NCBI GenBank assembly: GCA_973895155.1
Contig: OZ316892.1
Location: 27,117,233 to 27,181,232, forward strand
Direction: 5' to 3'
Length of the DNA: 64,000 bases
Source: Marsupella aquatica
Lineage: Eukaryota > Plantae > Marchantiophyta
A program made the position numbers and the translations under genes. Positions 26,380 through 37,318 of the stretch are shown piece after piece. The notes under the pieces were generated by a model, which had not been told where the DNA came from, did no database searches, and was given only the letters and a program-made list of their open reading frames with translations. Numbering within the stretch: position 1 is the stretch's first letter; every line of letters starts with the position of its first letter.

Positions 26380-28445
26380 ACTTGCACTACAACTGCAAAA
26401 CCTACAAAGTAGCACGGTGTCTTGAGAAACTCTCCAAAGGAATCACTTTGGTAAAGGCATCAGCGGGATTGAGCTTTCCATCAATCTTGACTAGCTCAAA
26501 AGTTTTATCAGACACTGCTTGCCTGATAAAATGGTACCTGATATCAATGTGCTTCACCCTGCTATCCATCACCTGGTTAGCAGCCAAGTGAAGAGCACTC
26601 TGACTATCACAGTTTAGAGTCATTTTGCCATGCTCTAAACCCATTTCCGTGATCAACTTATCCAACCAAATTGCTTCCTTTGCTGCTTCTGCTACTACAA
26701 CATATTCTGCTTCTGTAGTAGACTGAGATATACACTTCTGCAAGGTAGATTTTCAACTGATACATCATCCTCCAAGAGTAAATACAAACCCAGTTGTAGA
26801 CCTCCTTGTATCCAGACAGCCTCCATAGTCAGAATCTATATAGCCAACTAACGTTCTATCTGATCTGGCATCAAATAGTAATCCATAGTCCTGTGTACCC
26901 TTCACATACCTGAGAATCCACTTCACAGCTTCCCAATGTACCTTCCCTAGATTTGACATGAATCTACTAACCTTGCCCATCGCTAGGGCCAAGTCAGGCC
27001 TATTACAAGTCATAAAATACATCAGATTGCCTACTGCCTTCTCATAAGGAATCTTAGCCATCAGACCGTTCTCCACAGCATCCGTAGGAGAGAAAGCCGA
27101 TGATAACTTGAAATGTGAAGCTAAAGGAATACTCACTGGCTTACAATTTTCCATGTTGAATCGTGCAAGTACTTTCCTCGCATACTGGCCTTGACTCAAG
27201 CACAACTATCTAGTATCAGAGTTCCTAAAAATCTCCATCCCTAAGATCCTCTTGGCCTTACCAAGATCCTTCATCCTGAATTCAACACTCAATTTTTCCT
27301 TGAGATTGTCAACCTCAGATTGATCTTTAGCCACTATCAGCATGTCATCCACATAGATAACCAGAATGATGAAACCAAATACATCATTCTTGACTGATTT
27401 CGTATACACACAAGGATCATACACCATCCTTGTAAAACCTTGAGCAAACATGAAATCATCAAACCGCTTGATCCACTGTCTGGGTGATTGCTTCAATCCA
27501 TACAAGGACTTGAGCAATCTGCAAACTAAGTTCTCTTGGCTTTTCTTCATAAAGCCTACTGGCTGTCTTATGAAGATCATCTCTTCCAAGTTGCCATAGA
27601 GAAAAGTAGTAACAACATCCATCTGATCCATCACCAGACCAAAAAACACAACAAGCTGACACAAGATCCGAATTGTGGAATACTTAGCCACCGGTGAAAA
27701 GACCTCATTATAATCCACTCCTTTCTCTTGAGTGAATCTGTTGGTAACAAGCCTTGACTTGTAGATCTTGTCTCCACCCTCTAAAGGACTGTCCTTCAAC
27801 TTGTAAATCCACTTGCTGTCCATCACTTGTTGACCTCTTGGAAGCTCCACCAGCTCCCATGTCTTGTTGTCACTCAAAGATTGCAACTCCCTCTGCATTA
27901 CTGCATTCCACTCATGCTTCTGCTCTGAAGCACAAGCCTCACTGTACGAAGAAGACTCTCCTTCTTCCAAGATCAAAGCCATATCATCTTCATCAGGTGC
28001 AATGTCAATATCATCTAGCTTAGATGAGTCTGCCCATTGACCATACCTGGTAGGAGCTCTAGTAGAACGACTGGAAGTTCTTCTAGTAGATGACTCAGGC
28101 TGATCTACTACTGCTGCTGGCTGAATTTGAGGTACCCCAGCAACAATCTGCTCCTCTTGTTCTATCACAGGAACCAACTCCAAGCCCGAAGCTTCTCCAT
28201 CTCTCTTGTCATGAACAACATCATGACTAATCTCCCCCTCAACCCGGTCCTGGATGGAGATTTCCCTTTGTTAGTATGGGAGTCCTGCGAACTCTCCCCC
28301 TCCTTTGACAATCTGGATTCATTAAAGGACACATCTCTACTGACAATTAGTTTACAAGTTACTGGATCCCATAACCTATAACCCTTCACACTTTTCTGTT
28401 AGCCAAGGAAAATGCACTTCTTCAACTTGGACTCCAGCTTGGATC
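26380..28445 (-). pseudogene. Copia-2 pol remnant (INT C-terminus, RT, RNase H)
   Basis: KGYRLWDP...SRDVSFNE, LYGLKQSPRQW, IYVDDMLI, GYIDSDYGG, TTEAEY, KHIDIRYHF; closely similar to Copia-1; frameshifts. Confidence 0.95.
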
Positions 28446-29500
28446 GAAGCTAGGAAGCTAGCTAGGCTGTAATCCAAGCTAGGAAGCTTGGATTACAGCC
28501 TGACACACACGGGAATCGCCCTACAGCAACAACAAACTCAACATGGCTCGTGCCAATCAGGTATACACTCATAAAGCATCCATCTGTTTTCAATGAATTT
28601 TTTTCCTCGTTTTTGCTAGCCTAGTATCGGTTCATGTCTTCCCGTTACCGCCGCGGCTAGAGGTAGCAAAAATATGGAACAGGGATTGAATGCAAATAAC
28701 TTTTAATCCTGCCCCGGGGACGGGGGCTGAAAGACGACCCTGAGGTTTGTGATGCAGAATATGTCTACTATATTCCGATGCTAGTTGAGGATCCACATCA
28801 AGTAGATTGACTTGCTGCTATGATGAACCGCGTAGAATGTCCGGCTTCAAGAATGAAGAGGATCTCCTTAACTTTTTTTGGATGCTTCTAACCGTGGCCC
28901 CTAATACTGACTATCGACTGTCGGCAATTAGCACGCCAGAAGGTTTCTTTTCTGAGATTATAGTGACACGATTCCGACACATCTAACTTCCGATGAACTT
29001 AGATTTATTATCGAATGGTTAAATACTGACTTTACGTTGACCATTGCCTAACGTATGAGCAATAGTCATTAATGGCAGAACTTCATCATTCTATTCTACT
29101 CATGACTCTGTTTAGAAAGATCGCACACGACATGACCACTTGCCTGGATTACATAACGCTTTTCTGTCAATTTCTAATTACGGTTTTGTTTAAATATTTC
29201 TGGTCGAAATTGTTTGGTACGCATGAATAAATTCTTGATTAGTGTATATCTATGGTACACCTCAATAACATGAATGACTTGGTATGTGGAGTATTAATAG
29301 AGACATGACTCGTTACCAAGACTCTATGTTGTGATGACTTTGCCTATGTGTGGTGACTTAGTATAGACTTGACACTGGCCTTGATTGGGTGTTTTTTCTA
29401 TGAAAATTATCTCTCTCTCTCTCTCACGCTCGGCCCTCAGATTATTTCATGCTCTTTCACGCTTGCCTCAGACGATACGCTCTTTCACGCTCACCTCGGA

Positions 29501-29510
29501 CTATAAAAGG
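29501..29510 (+). promoter_or_regulatory. Candidate TATA box of the cargo gene
   Basis: CTATAAAAGG about 110 bp upstream of ATG 29613. Confidence 0.45.
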
Positions 29511-30635
29511 ACCTCGGACCGCGGACCTTGGATCATTTGTGTTTTCTATTTATTTTTGCTCAACTCGTCGGTGCTTGACATTGTTGTGGAGGAGTTCGCA
29601 CGTGCGAAGGGAATGACGACTTCTTTGGCAAAAAATGATGTCGGATTACTTGCTCTGGCTGCATTGAGGAAGCTCAAAGGTAATTCTGACCTACATTTCT
29701 CTGTTTTCTATGGATTGTGCTAAACTTGAGTCTGCTCTACACGAGAGTCGTGTAGAATGGGTCTCTTTCATCGATCCATACTCTCTGTTTGAAAGCCCTT
29801 ATGTCAGAATTTAAAATTTCCTGTTTAGTTCTACGCGAGTCTCGCGTAGAACCGTTTCTCCAATCTTGGAAGACAATGGATTTCTACGCGACTGTCGTGT
29901 AGAAACTCAGGTTCTGTAGAGTGTTAAATCCTCGTTCGGAGATAGTACCATTTGGAATCAAAACATTGTTCATGTGACTTTGTTCTTTCAACTTTTCTAG
30001 AGGAAGGCGCACATCGCAAGGACGATTTTGAGAAGATTGAGGGATTGTTGCAAAAAAGTATTTCTGCTTTTGATATGAGTTTGATGGAGAATTCCATTCT
30101 CCAAAAAGCGTTGGAGGATGAAAAGGAAGCAATAGAATACGAGCGGGAGCAGTGTTTGCAAAGTATCGATGGGCACAGATCCAGCATTTGACTACTTGCG
30201 ACGTAGCGGCAAAGTCCATGAAAGCTTCTCTTGAGATGGAGAAGTTTCGAGATCGTCAAGTTCATGACTTGCGATAGGAGCTGGCCGATGGCCGAGAGAG
30301 GGAAAGACAATTGGATACCAAAGTGCGATGGATTGAATTGGAAAAAAAAATTGCCTTCATGGCCACATGTGTGCGCATACTTTGAGTTAGGGTTAGACTC
30401 TTATGTTTCTAGCGGATCGGATTGTTTTCTTAAATCTAGATAATGTTTTGACTCTGAATCACTCTGAGCTCATCATAAGACTATCTCCAGAGTTCTGATA
30501 GTCATTTTTTGCGAGACCATTTACACGCCAAAGAGGCCTTTTTGTAAAGGATGTTTTGACAGCAATTTGTTTATAATGAATCAACAGTTTGTCGGCTTAC
30601 TCTATTTTCTACGCGAGTGTCATGCAGAGGGTTTT

Positions 30636-30971
30636 CACCATGACAGCAAATAGCAAACATATTTACTGTTACGAGCAAAAAAAATTACTTTTACGAGCAA
30701 ACTAGACAATCTAAAAATGTGTCATTAAAAGTCACAATTTTCAAAATAATTTAAAACATGAGAATTTTTTGCTAGTGTAAGGCGATACTATTACTAGCTC
30801 CGGGCGCTAGCCAAAAAATATCGACTCACAAAAAAAAATTAATATTTTTTCCCCAAAAAACATTCCAAAAAAAAATTCCCCAAAAAAAATTCCAAAAAAA
30901 ATTCCACAAATTTTACCACCCGTTTGCTGTTACGAGTAACTATTTGCTGTTTGCTGTTTGCTGTCACGGTG
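30636..30971. mobile_element. 336-bp MITE with CAC...GTG termini in an intron of the cargo gene
   Basis: TIRs CACCATGACAGCAAATAGCAAAC / GTTTGCTGTTTGCTGTCACGGTG; A-rich interior; possible imperfect TSD GTTTT/GTTAT. Confidence 0.78.
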
Positions 30972-33841
30972 GTTATACCCGTCATGCAGATGTTTGACAT
31001 ATTTCTCCTTGTCTTCTAGGAGTTCGCTCTGTTTATTTCCATTTTGACAGGCTTCGGATTGAAACTCCAACAGTCGCAAAACTTGAGAATATTTTGGCGA
31101 CTGTGAATTCATGGTCTTTTGAATTGCAACCAGTCAAAGGCAACTACCGTTTGATTGTGAGGGGAGTTAAAACAGAAAATGGATGAAGAAACTTTGTGAG
31201 TTTTGGCACTCTCGCAGACTATACGAGATTTGCGTCCCCAAAGGACAACCCATCTCTTCTGCTGACATTGGAGTCTGAGAGTTCTTGGAATTTCAAACAG
31301 ATGGTTGCTCCACTTCATGGGTTTTGCTCAGCACATTGTCTTGAACCTTACAGCCATGACACAAATGTTGTTTCATGCGGTTTCTTTGATCCTTTGGCGG
31401 ATAGATGGCTCTCACCTGATTGGGTCTTTACGGCTGATGAAATAATTCTGGGGCTTGGATGGGTCTCCTCTGTCATAAAGCAATCGGAATATTTTATCTC
31501 TCGGACACAAGAGGTGGATCACATAATGCGGATGAAGATCCCAAACGATGACTGGAGGAGAAAGATGACTATTTCTCCGAATGTTGTGTTCATGAAACAC
31601 TTCAGTGAGACAAAGGTGGAGGAATGGATTCGAGGGCATCCAGTAATCCAAGACTTGGTACGCCCAAAGAAGAAAGAAGCTGGTGGAAAAGAGATTGACG
31701 ATGATGATGGGGAGGGAAAGGACAAGGATGACTCGTCCACCTCTGGAGAGAGCAAGTCCCATGAAATGATATCAATCTATGAGTCAGAAAATGAGGATGA
31801 TGGAGAGGAGGGAAGTGTCCAAGAAGAGAGCAAGAAGACTTTTCAGAATCGGGCGGGGTCAAAGAATGAGTCAGAGTCAACAAGTTTAGAAGGTGGAGTT
31901 GACCAACCAACGATGATGTTGAGAGGACTTGGGGAAATTCAACAAAATGAGGTCATCCCCCCAGCAAAGCCTCCAACAGAGAAGCGATACGCAAAGACTT
32001 CAAAGGGAGTTTCGCCCAAGAAGGGGAAAGCTGGTGTCGTGTCAGAGTCATCCACACCCAGTTGGAAGAAAAAAGCAGTGGACGAAAAATCACCATCAGG
32101 GAAACTAGGCCGGAAGAAGGTTGATTTTGAGAAAACAAAAGAAGAAGCTAAACTACCTCGGAAGAGAGTGAGAGTCGTTGATCAAGCAGATGAGCCGCCT
32201 ACGGCAAAAACAGGCCACAAGAAGGTTCAACGGGAAGAACAAAAAGAAGACAAGAAACCATCTCGAAAGAGAGTGCTTGTTTCTGACCAGCGCGAAGTCG
32301 TGCCTCAAGTGAAAGGTGGAAAACATGTATCTCCGGTTGATAAACAAGAAGAGGCAACGTCTTCTTGAAAGAGAATTCAAGTTGTCGAGAAAGCGCAAGG
32401 AATCGAGGACAGAATACGAAAATCAAGCAAAGCAAAGAAAGTCGCTTCACCAGCAAAACCTGAGGAAGAGAAACCGTCTCAAAAGTCTCGGGTTGGACAA
32501 AAATCTAAGTCGGTCAGGAAGAAAGTTGAGAAGGTCGAATCAGAGATCAGGACGTTGAAGCGAAAGGAAGTCGTAAAAGATCCTGCACCAAAGGGAAAGA
32601 AAAAAGCAAAACTTGATGTTGAATCAGTAGTTGTGGAATCAAGGGCAAAGCCTCGAAGGGGAACAACCACTGAGTCGGCTAAAATTGTTGTGAAAACTCC
32701 CATGGTCAGAGCCGTGGAGAAGAAGGCCCCAAACGTTGAGAAGAAGGTTGTCATCACCTCTCAAGCTGTCATTTGCAAGCCCAAGAAAGCAAAGAAAAAT
32801 CAGGAAGCTGTGGATATTGATGAGAACCCTAGTTTCGCAAAGCTAGTTGTCGACTGTGCTCGTCTGGAGACTGCAAAAAAAACATTGGAGTTGAATAAGT
32901 CTTGAAATTGTCCTGGATTTTTTCAAAGGAGGGCAGGTACTGAAGAATGCATTGATGCTTAAGCATGAGTGTTTTTCATTCTGCTCTGACCATGAGGATG
33001 TCTCTGACCTCACAGCTTATGCAGAGAATCTTAAATTGTTAGTTCCGGTTGCACAGTTTGTCAAATCATTGTGGAAACCTCTTGGCCTTGAAGGGAGTTT
33101 GACTCAGAACTCCAATGCTAGTGGAGCAAAAGAGGGCCAGCATTATCAGATTGCTGGTACAATTTTACATTACGCCGGGGTGGAAGCGGAGGAAAAGTTT
33201 CTGAGTTCCATTGGGGAGATGAGAATTGGTCCATCAATCGTTCCAATTGCAAGTTGTGAAGGATTTCCTCTTCTAATGGTTGAAGGAGGGTATGGTTTGA
33301 TAGATAATTCTGAAAACTTACAGGCGGGCACGGGGTTGATTGCGTTCAACAAAACTCTGGAAGATGTTGTGGATGATGTCTCCCTACGCACGTATCGTGT
33401 AGATTCTCAAAATTTGTTTGACCCTCCAGGGTTAGAGTGCAACAAAGGTGTTGAGCAATCTCTTCTGGTTGATGCTTCAGTTCTTCCAAGTGGCCCAATT
33501 TTTTATGATTGTGGGGCAAAAACTACACTTGAGGATGTCGAGAAGGGGGTGGTGGATTGTGGACCCTTAAAAGAGATTGTTGTGGAGGAGGTTGGGATTG
33601 TGGAAAAAGATCACACTCCGATTGAATTTCAATGCGATGACAATGTTGACTCTCCTAGCGTTGAAGTAACAGGAGAGAATGATAACTCATTTTCTCTCAC
33701 AACAAATCTTTCTGAGGTGTCAAAGAGGCGAGTCGATCGTGCAAAGGCAACCAATGAGGTAGGCCGGTGCCAATTTCCTCTCTTGTCTCAAGTCATAAAG
33801 TTCTAAGCATAAACAAATGTCCTCTCCCGTCTCCGGACCCA

Positions 33842-34562
33842 ATGGATAACAAAACGAGGATTGACAATTGCCTCAGTGATCTGTTGGATCAGGATGCGGT
33901 TCTAGTCAGGACTAATGGGTGCCTAATAACTCATGGACAGATGAGGTGCATGAGTCCTAGAAATTGGATAAGTTCTGATATTCTAAATGCCTACTTAAGT
34001 CTCATAGTGGAGAGGAATGAACATTCCGACAGGGAGCTTCTGAAAGTGCCATGTGTTTGACACTTGGTTCTATACTGCACTGACGTCGAATGGCTACTCT
34101 TACCGCTCCGTGGAGGCTTGGATTTCACGACTAAAATATTTCTTAAGTGATTGTCATCGAATATTCGTCCCCATTCACGAAGGTGACGATCATTGGGCGT
34201 TAGTTGTGATTGACATGGAACACAAGTATTTAGAATATCTTGATTCTCTGCAGAACAATAGGCTAGAGGTTCTTGAAAACTTAGCCAGATATGTCGAGGA
34301 TGAAATTCAAAGCAGAAGTCACAAGCAAGTCTTAGCTACTCTATGGCCAAAACATAGTCCCAAGGACATCCCAAGACAAACTGATTACTATAATTGTGGT
34401 GTGTTCGTTATGAAGTTTGCAAACTACCGTACTTTGGACCTTCCTTTTGATTTCACAGGAGAGGACATAGATTTGGAGAGGAGAGAAATCGTTTTAAGTC
34501 TATTCAGGAATAGATTGAGCTTTCCTCCGCAATACAGTGATTTATGCACGAGACGCGTGTAG
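33842..34562 (+). pseudogene. Ulp1/SENP-family (peptidase C48) SUMO protease domain, one frameshift near 34055
   Basis: WISSDILNAYL, FDTWFY, IFVPIHEGDDHWALVVID, YLDSL, PRQTDYYNCGVFV: His-Asp-Cys triad and oxyanion Gln. Confidence 0.92.
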
Positions 34563-34702
34563 AGGGTGATAGACGGGGTATTTGATTTCAAGGACTGACT
34601 TGACTTCAAATGGTCTTTGGTCAAGACTGTTCCAATGACTAACCATCCGGATTCAATATTTTTATGTTTGCAGAGTTTGTTCCCAAACTCCACTCAGAGA
34701 TC

Positions 34703-35737
34703 AAGCGAAAGCTCTTGATTTTTGACCTTAATAAGGTTTGTTTCGATTCCGTTAAGAGTAAAAGCTCTGGACCATTTTAGAGGCTCACATCTGTGAGGGG
34801 CGTTCACTGGGGAAGACGAGGCGGGAACACATTTATGTATGTGGAGCGTCCAGGACTTCACAAATTTTTACAAGTGATTTTCAGGTATTACGATGTCGCG
34901 ATTTGGACTTGCACGGGAAGGCCGAGAACAAATGAAATTATGGATCTTGTTTTCAACGATGTTGAACGAAAGCAGTTCAAGATTGTATTCACCCAAGAAG
35001 AAACGTTTGACACTGGCTTTTTGAGGTCAGATATTACGGATGGGAAGGCAAACATACTTCTCAAGGAAATCCAAACTGTTTGGGATCATTTTGGCAATAG
35101 ATATGGTCCGACAAATACTGTTCTCATTGATGACTCTCCTCTGAAGTGTTTTGCGAATCCAAATGTTAACACATTGTTTCTAGTTCCATTTGTTCACAAC
35201 ATGGGAGGCGACACTTTTTTGATGGAGATATTGCTTCCACTTCTTCAAAGAATGCACAATGCTTTTGATGTAAGACACTTTTTGAATGTTAACTACCCAA
35301 AATGGTCCGCCTACAATAAGGGTGAAGCCCAAAGAAGGCATGGTGATATCTTTGCAGGACTCACTCAAGCCTGGAGGCACCGTGTTGCTGGCATCGTCGA
35401 TAATTTCACTGTCCTTGATCACACGACAGACGAGATTTCCTGGGAAGTGAAGCATATCGTGCAAAGTTTGCCACCGGTGCAGGATATGAGTGATCTTGAC
35501 ATCAATTCAATTGCTAAAGCTCTACTTGGAGATGGTTATTCCGGCCCATATTTGCAAAATAAGCGGCAATTTGTTTGGGAAGTCCTAAAAACTAGGGACC
35601 TTACTTCTAAACTGTTTAGAAACTTGTATCCTAAAGACGCTTGCAACCGAGATAGAAAGGTTCAAGATAAGTCAGGAAGTAGACTTACTTGCTCAAATAT
35701 GTTTTGTAGCGACACACATTCAATGATCGTTATTTAA
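34703..35737 (+). pseudogene. FCP1/SCP (NIF) HAD-like phosphatase domain
   Basis: KRKLLIFDLNKV (motif I variant), in-frame TAG at 34778, then YVERPGLHKFL, VAIWT, LLKEIQTVW, NTVLIDDSPLKCFANP. Confidence 0.85.
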
Positions 35738-35894
35738 AAATTTGGAGACTTGTAACATGATTGAGGGGAGGCCTATTACAAGTAAACAATTGTTATGGAC
35801 TTCTGTATGGTTCCCGTTAGTGGCTGACAATGAAAATGTGACATTACTTATGTGACTATTCTCCACCAAATTTGTACGCCAAAAATGTATTTTA

Positions 35895-36059
35895 CATGGA
35901 TTTGGAAATTTCAACTGGTGTTTAGGAAACTTGAAAGAGTGTTCTAGAAATTCCAGTTCCAAGTTTTGGAAACTTCATTTAAGGTTGTTGGATAATGTAT
36001 TTATTTAATTTGGAAATTTTACTAAGTCACTTTGGAAAAAAGAATTTCCAGAATTAGTG
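35895..36059. mobile_element. Candidate CACTA (En/Spm) terminus with subterminal repeats
   Basis: Ends ...GAATTTCCAGAATTAGTG (reverse complement CACTA...), preceded by several TTGGAAA(T/C)TT-like repeats; no matching left terminus found. Confidence 0.45.
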
Positions 36060-36066
36060 AAATCAC

Positions 36067-37318
36067 TGATGCGTATGGCCGGGGGCGTATCCGAGCGGCT
36101 GCGTACGCAGCCGCGTACGCCTGAGTAAAGTTAAGGGAGTCACGACCGGCAGGGAAAGGAATCGGTCGGGGGTGGGAGAACAAGCCAACCGGGCATAGCC
36201 ACTTCGTGGCTTAAGGCAATTTGGGGAGGGCTAGGCATTCGTAAGGCAGCTATCGGGCGGTAGCTTCTGTGCTATCGTGGGGATTCTTTGTTTAGTCAGA
36301 TCCTCATAAGTGTAGCTTATTAGTATAGAATAGTAGTTTGAATTCTCGCATAATATGTAGGTGTACAGTGTGCATGCTATAGTGTACGGTCTATAGCGTG
36401 CTGCATGCTATACAGTATACAATCTATAGTGTGCATGCTACAGTGCACGACCTACAATGTGCATGCTATAGTGTACGGTCTACAGAGTGCATGCTACAAT
36501 ATACGATCTATAGTGTGCATGCTACAGTGCACGACCTACAGTATGCATGCTACAGTGTACGATCTACAATGTGCATGCTACAATGTACTGCCTACAGTTG
36601 CTCCACTCACGTAACTACAATACTAGCACACTTACTTGCCTTGGAGTGTGACACATGGCTTCCATCCGTGTGCCATGCTTGATCTGTGTGCTTGAGGTGT
36701 GAGCATTATAAATAAAGAGGAGAGGGGCTCTCTCCCCTCACTCTCTATTTTTCATCAACTAAGTTGTGAAGCCTTAAGAATCCATTGGACTTGATGACCT
36801 CTTCTATGAATATAACCCTTATGAAGTAGACCCACTCATGCACGCTTGCTTAGAGCTTCGGCTCGGCCAGAGATATTTTGTGTGAGTTGATCCTTCAGAA
36901 AGTGTTATCATTTGATAGAAGGTGGTTATTAAGTCCTAAGGAGTTGGAAAGTGCTCAACAATACCTTGACATCATATGCTCCTTTTGGGTGAAACCCTTA
37001 TGAAGTAGACCCACGCATGCACGCTAGCTTGGAGCTTAACTCAGTCAGTGGTAATTTGTATGCGTTGGACCTTCAGATAGTGTTTTCATTCAAAAGAAGA
37101 TAAACCAACACCTACATGTATATACTTAGAGTTAACTCAATGCATAGTATTTGTTTGAATGAATGATCTTTTTTTGTTGTATCTTGTCATTAGAATGAAT
37201 ATTAGTTAGATCCAGGAATATTTGATAGTACGATAATGCCTAGACCAATAGCTGTTCTTCCTCTCCCTAATCCTTTCCTTATTAGAATTCATGTACTCCA
37301 AAAATAGATAATGCGTCA
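36067..37318. mobile_element. Possible solo-LTR-like segment
   Basis: TGATGCG...TGCGTCA ends, internal minisatellite, TATAAATA near 36707, direct repeat of about 110 bp at 36814/36993; no TSD found. Confidence 0.35.
36364..36590. repeat. 28-bp minisatellite, about 8 units
   Basis: Unit TACAGTGTGCATGCTA(C/T)AGTG(C/T)ACGA(C/T)C; overlapping ORFs show a 28-aa period. Confidence 0.9.

Larger units (their letters stand above)
29613..35737 (+). pseudogene. Spliced transposon-associated gene: coiled-coil N-terminus, long charged linker, Ulp1/C48 protease, FCP1/NIF HAD phosphatase
   Basis: Exon 29613-29679 (AAG|GTAATT), acceptor TTCTAG at 30000, acceptor TTGACAG near 31050; ORF blocks 31196-33806 broken by stops/frameshifts; acceptor TTTGCAG near 34673. 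Confidence 0.65.

Noticed and set aside
28441-28502. Helitron 3' end (hairpin plus CTAG on the minus strand)
   Set aside because: CTAG is not followed by T, no 5' TC end was found and the stem is not GC-rich; repair filler fits better
36364-36590. CRISPR-like array
   Set aside because: Units are contiguous with no unique spacers, no cas genes are present and the context is eukaryotic; it is a minisatellite
36398-36682. ORFs 36398-36682 and 36405-36614 as genes
   Set aside because: Translations of the 28-bp repeat
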